Below are positions 8,739 to 18,200 of a stretch of DNA of 64,000 nucleotides, in pieces. The first letter of the stretch is position 1; each line of letters opens with the position of its first letter. The DNA is taken from NCBI GenBank assembly GCA_016196625.1, contig JACPXH010000024.1:1206-65205 (forward strand), read 5' to 3'. The translations under genes and the position numbers were made by a program. The notes under the pieces are model-generated. The model did no database searches and was not told where the DNA came from. It saw only the letters and a program-made list of their open reading frames with translations. The DNA comes from Candidatus Parcubacteria bacterium. GTDB lineage: Bacteria; Patescibacteriota; Minisyncoccia; JACPXH01.

Positions 8739-10517
8739 ATGGCTTTGCGCTTCTTCCAATCAAGCCAAAACACAAAACCGCCGGCGAGTCCGACCGGACT
8801 AGCCGACCTGATCGCGCCCAGCGCCGTTGAAATCTCCGCTGATCACGTCAAGATCGGCGATCGGCTCGCGCGCACCATCTTTGCTTTTACCTACCCTCGC
8901 TACCTCGGCACCAACTGGTTCAGCCCCGTCATCAATCTTGACCGGATCTTCGACATCTCGGTCTCAATCAGTCCGGTGGACACGGGCACCATCCTAAAGC
9001 GGTTGCGCAAAAAAGTAGCCGAGGTGGAATCAACCATCTCCATGCGCCAGGAAAAGGGCTTGGTGCGAGATCCGTTGCTTGAAACCGCCTACCAGGACCT
9101 GGAGGATCTGCGCGACAAACTCCAGCAGGCCCGCGAACGGCTGTTCGCCGTGGGGCTGTACATTACTATCTACGGTCCGGACGAAAAAACGCTCGACGAC
9201 GCCGAGGCGCAGATCCGGGGACTATTGGAAACTCGGCTCGTCTACGCGCGCCCAGCCACTTTCCAGCAAGAGTTGGGGTTCAGCACCACGCTGCCGCTCA
9301 ACAACGATACGCTGCGGGTTGCCACCAACCTCAACTCTTCACCCCTCTCTACTATCTTCCCGTTCGTGTCCTCGGAGCTGACCTCGGATCGCGGCATCAT
9401 GTACGGCATCAACCGGCACAACAACTCCCTCATCCTCTTTGATCGTTTTTCCTTGGAGAATGCGAATTCGGTAGTCTTTGCCAAATCCGGCGGCGGCAAA
9501 AGCTACCTCGCCAAGCTCGAAATCCTGCGCTCCATGATGCTGGGGACCGATGTTATCGTGCTGGACCCTGAAAACGAATACCACTACCTGGCCGAAGCCG
9601 TAGGCGGAAGTTTCGTTAAAATTTCTCTGGCTTCCCGAAACCACATCAACCCCTTTGACCTGCCCCTGCCGGCAGAGGGGGAATCGCCCGAAGAGGTGTT
9701 CCGGGCGCACGTGGTCGAACTCGTGGGGCTCATCCGCATCATGCTGGGCGGGCTCACCCCGGAGGAAGACGCCATCATGGACCGCGCTATAGCGCAAACC
9801 TATGCGTCGCGCGACATCACGCCCGGCTCGAATTCTTCGAAGGCCGCCCCGCCCACGCTGAGCGACCTGCAGACGATTCTTGAAAACACCGCCGGCGCCC
9901 AGCAACTCGCAACGCGACTTTCTAAATACACCTCGGGCAGCTACGCGGGCTTCCTAAACCAGCCCACCAACATTGCCATCACCAGTCAGCTCGTCGTCTT
10001 CAACGTCCGCGACATGGAGGAGGAACTCCGCCCGATTGCGATGTACGTCGTGCTCCACCACATTTGGAACGTCATCCGACGCGAACTCAAAAAGCGCATC
10101 CTCATCGTGGATGAAGCGTGGTGGCTCATGAAAACCGCAGACGGCGCCTCGTTCCTGTTCTCAATTGCCAAGCGCGCGCGCAAGTACTACTTGGGGCTCA
10201 CCACCATCACGCAAGACGTCGCCGACTTTATGAAATCAACTTACGGCGAACCCATCGTTACCAACTCCTCTTTGCAAATCCTTTTGAAGCAGTCGCCAGC
10301 GACCATTGAAACCGTGGCTAGAACTTTCAGCCTGACGGACGAAGAAAAATTCCTGCTCTTAGAAGCCAACGTGGGGGAGGGCATCTTCTTTGCGGGCTTG
10401 AAACGCGCGGCGATCAAGATAGTCGCTTCCTACTCTGAAGATCAAATCATCACCTCTGATCCGGAACAATTGATTGCGATCGAGCAGGCCAAAAAAGAAC
10501 TCTCCGCTACTGCTTAA
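8739..10517 (+). CDS. VirB4/TraC-family T4SS ATPase (C-terminal part or a complete Gram-positive-type VirB4).
   Basis: Walker A VVFAKSGGGKSYLAK; Walker B ILIVDEAWWLM; N-terminal IAPSAVEISADHVKIGDRLARTIFAFTYPRYL typical of the VirB4 family. The track ORF starts at TTG 8715; the ATG at 8739 is preferred. Confidence 0.65.
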   Translation: MALRFFQSSQNTKPPASPTGLADLIAPSAVEISADHVKIGDRLARTIFAFTYPRYLGTNWFSPVINLDRIFDISVSISPVDTGTILKRLRKKVAEVESTISMRQEKGLVRDPLLETAYQDLEDLRDKLQQARERLFAVGLYITIYGPDEKTLDDAEAQIRGLLETRLVYARPATFQQELGFSTTLPLNNDTLRVATNLNSSPLSTIFPFVSSELTSDRGIMYGINRHNNSLILFDRFSLENANSVVFAKSGGGKSYLAKLEILRSMMLGTDVIVLDPENEYHYLAEAVGGSFVKISLASRNHINPFDLPLPAEGESPEEVFRAHVVELVGLIRIMLGGLTPEEDAIMDRAIAQTYASRDITPGSNSSKAAPPTLSDLQTILENTAGAQQLATRLSKYTSGSYAGFLNQPTNIAITSQLVVFNVRDMEEELRPIAMYVVLHHIWNVIRRELKKRILIVDEAWWLMKTADGASFLFSIAKRARKYYLGLTTITQDVADFMKSTYGEPIVTNSSLQILLKQSPATIETVARTFSLTDEEKFLLLEANVGEGIFFAGLKRAAIKIVASYSEDQIITSDPEQLIAIEQAKKELSATA

Positions 10518-10520
10518 CTC

Positions 10521-10982
10521 ATGCCCGCCGTTGCCGCGCCAGTTCAAAATGAAGCCCCGGCCGCACCCGAACGCTCCCGGGCCGAGGCCTTCTTGGCCCG
10601 CAAGCGCGCCGCGCTGCCTGCGGCCTCCGCTCCACGCAAGCCAGAGCCTTCGATCGGCTTGGGCGAATTCATGTTGATGCTTTTTTTCGCTGCTTTTTTC
10701 GATCTGGTCTCCCTGGTGCCGTGGCTGAACCTAGTCACGGTCTTTCTGGGCAACGTAACTTTTGGCGCCTGGTTTTGGTTTAAGGGGCTCTCGTTTAAAA
10801 AACTGCGTCTCGCCTTCGCGCTCGAAAGCATCATTGAACTCGTCCCATTTTTGAGCATATTGCCGGGCTTCCTCGGCCTCGTTATTACGGCTTACGTTGT
10901 CCAGCGCGCCGGCCGCTTAATCGGCCAGCTGCCCGGAGGGCAGCTGGCTGCTCGGGCCCTTGAAGGACGGAGGACAATTTAA
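10521..10982 (+). CDS. Small membrane protein (3 predicted TM helices) within the T4SS-like operon.
   Basis: ORF track; hydrophobic helices. Confidence 0.35.
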   Translation: MPAVAAPVQNEAPAAPERSRAEAFLARKRAALPAASAPRKPEPSIGLGEFMLMLFFAAFFDLVSLVPWLNLVTVFLGNVTFGAWFWFKGLSFKKLRLAFALESIIELVPFLSILPGFLGLVITAYVVQRAGRLIGQLPGGQLAARALEGRRTI

Positions 10983-11833
10983 TGCCCCGACCCTTCGCCG
11001 TCGCCATCGTTTCGCTTGCGCTCGCGTTTGTGGTGTCGCTGGCGCTGGGCGGGCCGCGACTCCTCGCCCAAGACCTGCGCGAGAACGAGCCCCTCTCCCA
11101 GCTGCCTGTGCCAGAGCCCGGCGGTGGCGTAGTCACGCCCGGCATTGGCATCGCGAACTTCGTGCGCTACGTGTATCTCTTCGGCATCAGCTTCGTGGCC
11201 GTGGCCGCAGCGGTGTCCATAATGTACGGCGGGGCAAGGTATATGTTTTCGGCAATCCCCGGCGTCAAAGAGGATGCCAAAGACCGCATAACCAACGCCG
11301 GAATCGGGCTTGCCTTGGCGCTGGGCGCTTTCATTATCTTACGCACCATAAACCCGGATCTTGTATCCTTCAAACCCATCGAGGGAGACTTTCTGCATCT
11401 TGAAGAACCGGCCCAGCCCGGCAGCGGCCGGATCGTGATCCAGCCGGGGGATGCGTGCAGCCTCGCGGGTCCAAACCTGTGCGCTGCCGGTTCAACCTGC
11501 AGACCAGACTTCCTACCGGGCTCCGCCACCGTCCGACCAGACTCCACCACCGGCGCCACCTGTCAAACAGACAGCACGCCGCAGGTTCTCGGCAACGGCC
11601 AAGACTGCTCGCGCAACCCCAATGCCTGCGGGCCAAACCTGCAATGCACGAACGTCTCGGGTCATCTGGTGTGCACTCCGATACCGCCAGCGGCCGGCGT
11701 GCCTGAAAACGACGTCTGCGAAACCGATGTCTTCCGAGGTCAAGGCAACTGCGGCATTGGCTCCAACGGCCGGCCGCTCACGTGCGTAACCCAAAACGCC
11801 GCTACGCGCCGCGGCACCTGCCGGGCCTTCTAG
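10982..11833 (+). CDS. VirB2/TrbC-like pilin-fold protein (signal peptide plus two-helix hairpin GISFVAVAAAVSIMYGGARYMFS...GIGLALALGAFIILRTI) with a 170-aa Cys-rich, Thr/Pro-rich C-terminal extension (about 16 Cys).
   Basis: Hydrophobic hairpin resembling conjugative pilins; the ATG shares an A with the previous TAA; the stop shares a CTAG with the convergent gene. Confidence 0.4.
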   Translation: MPRPFAVAIVSLALAFVVSLALGGPRLLAQDLRENEPLSQLPVPEPGGGVVTPGIGIANFVRYVYLFGISFVAVAAAVSIMYGGARYMFSAIPGVKEDAKDRITNAGIGLALALGAFIILRTINPDLVSFKPIEGDFLHLEEPAQPGSGRIVIQPGDACSLAGPNLCAAGSTCRPDFLPGSATVRPDSTTGATCQTDSTPQVLGNGQDCSRNPNACGPNLQCTNVSGHLVCTPIPPAAGVPENDVCETDVFRGQGNCGIGSNGRPLTCVTQNAATRRGTCRAF

Positions 11834-13041
11834 GGCGCTGCGACGAGCAACGCCACAAGCACCCACCAGACCGTAGCGAGGTCTGCCCGCCACAAAGTGG
11901 TGTCCACCAAGCCGTGGAGGAGTGGGACCATGAGGGTAAGGGCCACTGCACCGGCAAAGGGTGACTTTTTGGTTTGGCGAAAACGCCGCCACAGCACAAC
12001 AAAGAGCCACACAAGTCCGGCTAACCCCATAAGCCCGGCACTCAACCACGCGGTGAAGAACAGGCTGTGAGGATGCGGCACTGCCCACTCGGGATACGGT
12101 GGATGTTTAGGCTGGTTTTGCAAGTACGCGGTCTCAAACGTCCCGGGCCCGATTCCTAAAAACGCGTGGCTAAACCCAATCTCAAGGGCAACCTGCCAGA
12201 TGACGCGCCGGGAGGCGAATGGCGGCTGGAAAACGGCGTATAAGAAGGCCCCCAAGACGAGCGCGGCCAAAACAACTGCGAGTACGCGCTTTCTTATTGT
12301 GGCTTTGCGGCCAAACCAGAGGACACCCGCACCAACCGCAAGACTTGCTCCCATGGCACCCAGAGATCGGGTGAGTAGCAAGGGCAAAACCATGATCGCC
12401 CCGGCCCAGCGGCTAACCGTCTGCCACTCGTGGGCAATGGCGGCGCGACTAATTGCAAAAGCGAGCACTGTAAGCGGGGCCAAGTACATGGCCAAAAAAT
12501 TAGGCGAGCCGTACCACGCGGTCAAGCGATTGTCGTAAGCAAGGTCGCCGGAAACAATGTACCCAATCGCCCCCACCGCCGCGAACACTCCGCCGCCGAT
12601 AAGACCGGCGAGGACGTGAGCTTTCTTTGCGGTGCCTCGCTCCATGGCAAGCCAAAGCACGAAACCCAAGAGCAACGGAACCAAAAACCAACTCTTGAGA
12701 ATGCCGAGTCCGGTGCGGTAAGCGCCTGAACGCAAAATCCCAAGCGCAAGCCCGGTGATAAGCAGTGCTATGGGCCACGCCAAAAATCGCAACTTCTGCC
12801 AAGCCAGGGTCCACGTCGAACGCTGGGCGAAGAGTGGCAGCGCCCGCGCGAACAAAATGAGGCTCATGAGTTCGGGCACACTCACCGGCACGGGACCGAC
12901 TGGAAAACGGATGTGCCAAAGCGGGATAAGAGTGAGCGCTACGCCGACGGCGGCGGCAAACCGCCACCACGCCAAAACCGCAAACCCGACGCCAACGAGT
13001 GCGAGGAGCAAAAAACCAGAAATGGTCTCTACCAAAATCAT
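11830..13041 (-). CDS. O-antigen ligase/Wzy-like polytopic membrane protein.
   Basis: Multi-TM protein; GIGPGTFE and HPHSLFF motifs typical of the Wzy_C family. Start set at MILVETISG (13041), overlapping the upstream gene by 4 nt. Confidence 0.5.
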   Translation of the reverse strand: MILVETISGFLLLALVGVGFAVLAWWRFAAAVGVALTLIPLWHIRFPVGPVPVSVPELMSLILFARALPLFAQRSTWTLAWQKLRFLAWPIALLITGLALGILRSGAYRTGLGILKSWFLVPLLLGFVLWLAMERGTAKKAHVLAGLIGGGVFAAVGAIGYIVSGDLAYDNRLTAWYGSPNFLAMYLAPLTVLAFAISRAAIAHEWQTVSRWAGAIMVLPLLLTRSLGAMGASLAVGAGVLWFGRKATIRKRVLAVVLAALVLGAFLYAVFQPPFASRRVIWQVALEIGFSHAFLGIGPGTFETAYLQNQPKHPPYPEWAVPHPHSLFFTAWLSAGLMGLAGLVWLFVVLWRRFRQTKKSPFAGAVALTLMVPLLHGLVDTTLWRADLATVWWVLVALLVAAP

Positions 13042-14384
13042 GTTTGTTGTTTGCGGGCGGCTGCCGCGGCATAGCCGAGCACCGCAGCCACAAGGGGCAC
13101 GACCACGGGCGAAAACATCATAATATCGAAGAAGCTCAAGACTGCAAATCCGATTAAACTCGCAAGCCCGGCCATGGCGCTGGGCGCGGGGCTCGCTCGA
13201 CCCAACGCGAAAAACGCTCCCCCCAGCAGCGCCAGCCAAAGCCCAAGCCCCACCACCCCTGTTTCCGCTGCCAATTCAAGATAGGTGTTATGCGTAGATA
13301 CCGGTGTCCGATAGGTGAAATCGCCCTCGGACCGAACCAGGAGCGGATAGTTCCCCAGCCCCACGCCCAGGGGATGCGTGACCGCCGTTGCAAAACCTGT
13401 GCGCCACGCCACCAGACGTTCCGCGTTGGAGCCTTCGCCCAAGTCTACTGCCACCAGAGTCCGCTCGCCCACGAACGGCACGGCGAACGTAAGGGCGGCT
13501 GTCGCGGAAAAAATCAGCACGAACTTGCGCCCAAGACGGCAGGCAGCCACAAACCCGGCAGCAGCCAAACCGGCGTAAGCTGAACGACTAAAAGTGAGGG
13601 CAATGATTCCCACTGCCAGCACCATCGACGCAAACCAAGCGGCTTTCTGGCGGGGCCGGACCGCACTCTGCCAGACTACGGCCATGAACGGCAGGGCTAC
13701 CACCAGGACAGCGCCCAAGGTGTGGGGGTCGGGCAGCGTGCCTACGGCGCGAAGCACATCTCTGCCGCCAACGTGCACAAACCAGCTTGAAAATGACTGC
13801 ACAGTTTCGGCCACGGTTGCGCCAGCGAACAGTGGGGTTACGCGGGCGAGCCAAAAGGCCGCACTACCCAGCCAACCTATGAGTGCTGCGCCAGCGGCAA
13901 GTACTCCTGCGCCGGCAATCGCTCGCACGAACGCGCGCTCGGCGCCCTCGCCCTCGCGCAACCACCAATATACCGCAAACGCAAGTGGCCAAAGCGTAGC
14001 CCACACGAACGCCTTGCGCACCGCCCAAACAGCTGATCCTCCGGCCCAGAGCGCGGAGAGCGCTCCCCACACCACGGCGAGTCCAAGCCAAAAAAGAAGC
14101 TGGTTCGGGCGACTTTTCCGCGGCCACAAAAGCACCGTCGCCGGAATCCAAAGGCGGCTTACGGCCACGTCAAAACCGGGCCACGGGTTGAGGGCTGGGG
14201 TAATCGGCAACAACAAGATCCCCGCCGCCAACACCCATCCGGCTCGAGTCCGCATGCCCAGAACCGTCGCGGTGAGTCCGGCTGCAACGACTGCAGCCAC
14301 CGGCGCCAGGGCCGCGCCCACGCCCACGGCCAGAGCTGCGGGCAAAGCGAACAGATACCTCACGCCAAGAAGTGTTTCGGTCAT
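13038..14384 (-). CDS. O-antigen ligase family (Wzy_C) membrane protein.
   Basis: FSRSAYAGL, GVGLGNY and HNTYLELAAETGVVG motifs. Confidence 0.55.
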   Translation of the reverse strand: MTETLLGVRYLFALPAALAVGVGAALAPVAAVVAAGLTATVLGMRTRAGWVLAAGILLLPITPALNPWPGFDVAVSRLWIPATVLLWPRKSRPNQLLFWLGLAVVWGALSALWAGGSAVWAVRKAFVWATLWPLAFAVYWWLREGEGAERAFVRAIAGAGVLAAGAALIGWLGSAAFWLARVTPLFAGATVAETVQSFSSWFVHVGGRDVLRAVGTLPDPHTLGAVLVVALPFMAVVWQSAVRPRQKAAWFASMVLAVGIIALTFSRSAYAGLAAAGFVAACRLGRKFVLIFSATAALTFAVPFVGERTLVAVDLGEGSNAERLVAWRTGFATAVTHPLGVGLGNYPLLVRSEGDFTYRTPVSTHNTYLELAAETGVVGLGLWLALLGGAFFALGRASPAPSAMAGLASLIGFAVLSFFDIMMFSPVVVPLVAAVLGYAAAAARKQQT

Positions 14385-15853
14385 GGCGAGACGGGCGGCG
14401 CTGGCACACCAGCCGGCACCGCGGACGACCTACGGCCCAACCGGAAAAGCTCCAGCTCGGCCGGCCCAATGGCACCGGAGGCCCAGGTTGAGAGCAGATA
14501 GCTTGTTGTACCCAGCGCCACGAGCGCGGCGAGCCCGAGCGGGCGCGCGGCCGCGAGCACCAAGGCCAACACCGCCACGGCAGGCAGGCTTCTAGCAAAT
14601 CGCTTAAGCGAAAGCCGCACCTTGGCGCCCTGAAACACGATGCGGGCCAGGAAGACCGTCACCACAATCTCGGTCGCCACCGTGCCCCAGGCGGTGCCGA
14701 AGTACGAATAGCGGGGAATGAGCGCTAAATCCACTACAAGCATAGTGACGAGCCCCGCGAGATACGCCGAGAGCGCGCTCTTTTGACGCCCCAGCACCAC
14801 GACTGCGCTCCCAAAAAGATTACCGAAGAAAATGAGGGCGACCGCCACTCCCAGCACCGCCATGACCCCACCCGAGGCTCTAAAGTCCGGCCCGCCGAGT
14901 AACAAAGCAATTTTGTCGGCCACGAAAACAAGCCCCACCACAATGGGCACACCCGCAACGAAAAACAAATCAAAGATTTGTTGGAGCAGGGCCCGGAAAG
15001 CCCCTCGACTTTCACTTAAACGTTGCGCCAGGCGGGGCAGCATCAGGCCCATAAACATAGCCGGGAAGAAAATAAAATGCTCAAGCACGCTGTAGGCAAG
15101 TCCGTAGATGGCGACGTCGTAAGATGGCTTAAAAAATCCAAGCAGGAGCGCGTCGCCCTTAAAGTAGACCAGGGTGAGACCAATGGAGATTGCCATGGGC
15201 CAAGATTCGACCAGAGAACGCTTGAGCCACCCGGCAGACGTGCGTCCGGTCGGAACAACGAAGAGCCGCACCGCGAAGCGCAGAATAAAAAACTGCACTA
15301 GCCCCGAGAGCGCGAGCCCGGCGAGGACGCCCGCGAGTCCGGAGCGACGCGCGGCCAGAAGAATAACGCCCAAGAAACACAGCTTCCCCGCAACTTCTGC
15401 CACCCCCACCCAAAACATCGCCAGGTACTTCTGGAACACGGCCGACAGAATCTGCGAGAGCGAGTTGAACGCGAAAAAGAAGCTCGCGATGACGAGCCCC
15501 GAACGGACCGCGCTTGAAAACGGGAGTACCAAACTCGCGGCCACCCCAAGCCCAAACACGCCCCCGAGCGCTGCGGCCCGCAGCCAGAAGTAGGCTCGCA
15601 CCAGCGCTGCCTCGTCGGCTCCGGGTCGCGCGATATCTCGAGCGAGCAAAGAATATAAGCCCCAGTCGGCGCAGGCGTGCAAGATCGTCCCGTACGCAAT
15701 CACCAAACTCCACTCTCCAAACGTATTTGCCCCGAGCACGCGCGTGAGCACCCCGATAATCAAAACAGAGAGGGCGGCGCTCACAACGCGGCTTAAGACC
15801 AGAAACGCAGCGTTGAGCCCCACGGTCTGGGCGAGTTGCCGCACTGCAACCAT
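14381..15853 (-). CDS. Wzx-type polysaccharide/oligosaccharide flippase (polysaccharide biosynthesis protein family).
   Basis: 490 aa, about 14 TM helices; N-terminal pattern typical of Wzx/MOP flippases. Confidence 0.55.
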   Translation of the reverse strand: MVAVRQLAQTVGLNAAFLVLSRVVSAALSVLIIGVLTRVLGANTFGEWSLVIAYGTILHACADWGLYSLLARDIARPGADEAALVRAYFWLRAAALGGVFGLGVAASLVLPFSSAVRSGLVIASFFFAFNSLSQILSAVFQKYLAMFWVGVAEVAGKLCFLGVILLAARRSGLAGVLAGLALSGLVQFFILRFAVRLFVVPTGRTSAGWLKRSLVESWPMAISIGLTLVYFKGDALLLGFFKPSYDVAIYGLAYSVLEHFIFFPAMFMGLMLPRLAQRLSESRGAFRALLQQIFDLFFVAGVPIVVGLVFVADKIALLLGGPDFRASGGVMAVLGVAVALIFFGNLFGSAVVVLGRQKSALSAYLAGLVTMLVVDLALIPRYSYFGTAWGTVATEIVVTVFLARIVFQGAKVRLSLKRFARSLPAVAVLALVLAAARPLGLAALVALGTTSYLLSTWASGAIGPAELELFRLGRRSSAVPAGVPAPPVSP

Positions 15854-15854
15854 G

Positions 15855-16361
15855 TCAGGAGTGCAGGCCCTTAAGGGCCACCTTTGAGTTAGAGGCGGGT
15901 ATGGCCGCGTCGCGCACGATGATCCGTCCTAACTCAACCTTCACCACAGCTGCCCGCTCGACCACGCATTCCCGCGGCCAGCAGGGACCGAATGGCGCCG
16001 CAACGACAGTAAGTTCAACTACCTCACCGGTATCCGAACTGAACGCAAAATCCCGCACCCGGCCAAGTCTTGCCCCGCTCACTGTTTCTACTGCCTTACC
16101 CTTGATCGCCGTCGCTCCGTCCGGGACTCTGCCGGCAGCGGACCCGACATTTGGGAAGAGCCAAACCGCCTCGGCCGTCAAATACGAAATCGCGGCGGGG
16201 GCGAACCACTTGGGTTTCTGCCACCAACGTCTCCGAATCGAAAACGCCACCACCCGGAAGGATGCTGGCAGTATTACTGCATTTTTGGCAAACCAGATTG
16301 AGCCGGATCCACCACCCAAAAACACCGGCCCGCGCCTCAAAAGCCCGAACCGAACAATCAT
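15855..16361 (-). CDS. PRC-barrel-like domain protein (hypothetical).
   Basis: IKGKAVETVSGARLGRVRDFAFSSDTGEVVELTVV resembles the PRC-barrel core. Confidence 0.3.
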   Translation of the reverse strand: MIVRFGLLRRGPVFLGGGSGSIWFAKNAVILPASFRVVAFSIRRRWWQKPKWFAPAAISYLTAEAVWLFPNVGSAAGRVPDGATAIKGKAVETVSGARLGRVRDFAFSSDTGEVVELTVVAAPFGPCWPRECVVERAAVVKVELGRIIVRDAAIPASNSKVALKGLHS

Positions 16362-16825
16362 ACCGTATAAGGGCGCACCACAACCCGGCGCGCATCGCCC
16401 TCACCTTGAGATTCGGTCATGATGTCCGGACGCGTTGCCAACTCCACATGAATGACCCGGCGCTCGAAAGCGCTCATGGGTCTAAGTTGGATGGGGCGCT
16501 GCTCCAGCTTGACTTGCTGCGCCACTTGGCGCGCGAAAGACCGGAGATACTCGGCCCGCTCGCGCCGATAATTATTAATATCACAGACGACGAGCGGCGC
16601 TTCGGCGCCAAGCTGACGGCTTACGAGCACCCGCAGCAAGTGCTCGAAGGCCTTCAAATTGTCTCCGCCCTTGCCGATGAGAAAGCGCCCCTCGCGCATC
16701 GCAATCAGCACCTGCCACGGTTCAGGGGTTGCCGCGGGCTCGATCCGGACGTCAAAGTCGCCCAGCCCCATGCCGCTAAGCAGACCGCGCACAATACCGT
16801 CAACGTGTTCGACTTGATTAAGCAT
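16358..16825 (-). CDS. jag: Jag/SpoIIIJ-associated RNA-binding protein (KH + R3H domains).
   Basis: KH-like GKGGDNLKAFEHLLRVL and R3H-like ERRVIHVELA; conserved position after yidC. Confidence 0.7.
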   Translation of the reverse strand: MLNQVEHVDGIVRGLLSGMGLGDFDVRIEPAATPEPWQVLIAMREGRFLIGKGGDNLKAFEHLLRVLVSRQLGAEAPLVVCDINNYRRERAEYLRSFARQVAQQVKLEQRPIQLRPMSAFERRVIHVELATRPDIMTESQGEGDARRVVVRPYTV

Positions 16826-17609
16826 GGGACTTCCGTTTCGCCCACAAGCGCTGTGCGATCTGCAGGGCCGTCGACGTGACCCAATAAAGAGAAAGTCCGG
16901 CCGGAAAACTTAGCGCCGCAAACGCAATAAGCACCGGAAATACATACGTCGTCTGGGCGGACATGATGCGGGTGAAGTCTTGGGCGCGCGCATCCGGCGA
17001 CGATGGCAGGATCGTGAGCTTTGATTGTACGAACTGTGTAAGTCCAGTCAAGACGGCCAGCACCGCGTTTGGCCGCGCCAAATCCACCAGGCCAAATAGT
17101 GTGGCGTGCACCACTGTTGGTTTCGCGACAAACCCGTAGAGCAAGGACAGACTCTCCGGGTTGGTTGCCATCCTGAACACCTGAAATAGCGCAAAGAAAA
17201 TTGGGAGCTGCACGAGAATAACGATGCAGCCGGTGAATGGATTGACACCGTGTTCCCGGTAGAGCGCCATCGTGGCCTTGGCTTGCGCCCCGCGATCATC
17301 CTTGTGGGCCTCTTGAAGGCGTTTTAGCTCTGGCTGGAGCTTCGTCATCGCTTCCTGGGAGGCAAAGATCTTGCGCGAGAGGGGATACAGCAAAACACCC
17401 CAGACGAGCACCGTAAAAAGGATCGTGGCGAGCCCCAAATCCGACACCGGCAGCACATTGTAGATGCCAATGAGCAGGTTGAGGAGGGGACGTACGAGAA
17501 TCGTTTGGAACATAAGCGCGTCAGTGGAGCGGATCAAGGCCGCCCCGCGCCCAAGGGTGGCAACGACTGACCCGCCGCACACCCAACCAGATCCCTCGCC
17601 AAGCCCCAT
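16818..17609 (-). CDS. yidC: YidC/Oxa1-family membrane protein insertase (short form).
   Basis: 263 aa multi-TM protein in the conserved rnpA-yidD-yidC-jag context. Confidence 0.75.
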   Translation of the reverse strand: MGLGEGSGWVCGGSVVATLGRGAALIRSTDALMFQTILVRPLLNLLIGIYNVLPVSDLGLATILFTVLVWGVLLYPLSRKIFASQEAMTKLQPELKRLQEAHKDDRGAQAKATMALYREHGVNPFTGCIVILVQLPIFFALFQVFRMATNPESLSLLYGFVAKPTVVHATLFGLVDLARPNAVLAVLTGLTQFVQSKLTILPSSPDARAQDFTRIMSAQTTYVFPVLIAFAALSFPAGLSLYWVTSTALQIAQRLWAKRKSHA

Positions 17610-17829
17610 AACGCAAAATGGCCTCTCCGGTATAGGCAGAACAGGTTGGGTAGTACCGACAACCGTTGAAGCCTCGACTTAAGTACGGCGAAAGGAACCG
17701 CTGATAGAACGCGAGCGTTCCGAGCGCCAGCCGAGCTGTGAAACCCGCACCACAGCCTTCTGGTTCGACAAACTCACCATCCCGAACGAAGTCGAGGGAC
17801 AGCTGTGCCCTTGGGGGCGCCTCGCACAT
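17521..17829 (-). CDS. yidD: Membrane protein insertion efficiency factor YidD. The start is uncertain; the track ORF extends to 18036.
   Basis: C-terminal [51 protein letters not shown] matches the YidD signature. Confidence 0.65.
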   Translation of the reverse strand: MCEAPPRAQLSLDFVRDGEFVEPEGCGAGFTARLALGTLAFYQRFLSPYLSRGFNGCRYYPTCSAYTGEAILRYGAWRGIWLGVRRVSRCHPWARGGLDPLH

Positions 17830-17917
17830 TCCTCCGGGGCCTGCCGGCCATGCCTGCACGCCGAAGTACATCATGGCATGCGGGCGTGACCTCACGTGGT
17901 GTGGGGTGAATCCGACT

Positions 17918-18199
17918 TTAGAAACCAATTTTGGCAAATTGTTCGGCCAGGAGATCATAGCGGGACTGTCGCGAAAGCGAGAGCGCTTCCTTAGAGATGC
18001 GAATGGTGAGCCTTGCCGGCGCGCCCCCTGGCCCAAGCCTCCGCCTGACCCATTCTCGGACTTGCCGTCGGAGCATGTTTCGACGCACTGCTCGCTTATG
18101 GACGCTCTTGGGGACTACAATTCGAAGCCACTGTCCGTCCGGCTCGCCGGATCGCGCCTCAATAAAAAAACCGCGGCGTTGAGTGGTGCGCCTCGCCAT
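17918..18199 (-). CDS. rnpA: RNase P protein component.
   Basis: 93 aa basic protein; conserved rpmH-rnpA gene order. Confidence 0.75.
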   Translation of the reverse strand: MARRTTQRRGFFIEARSGEPDGQWLRIVVPKSVHKRAVRRNMLRRQVREWVRRRLGPGGAPARLTIRISKEALSLSRQSRYDLLAEQFAKIGF

Positions 18200-18200
18200 G

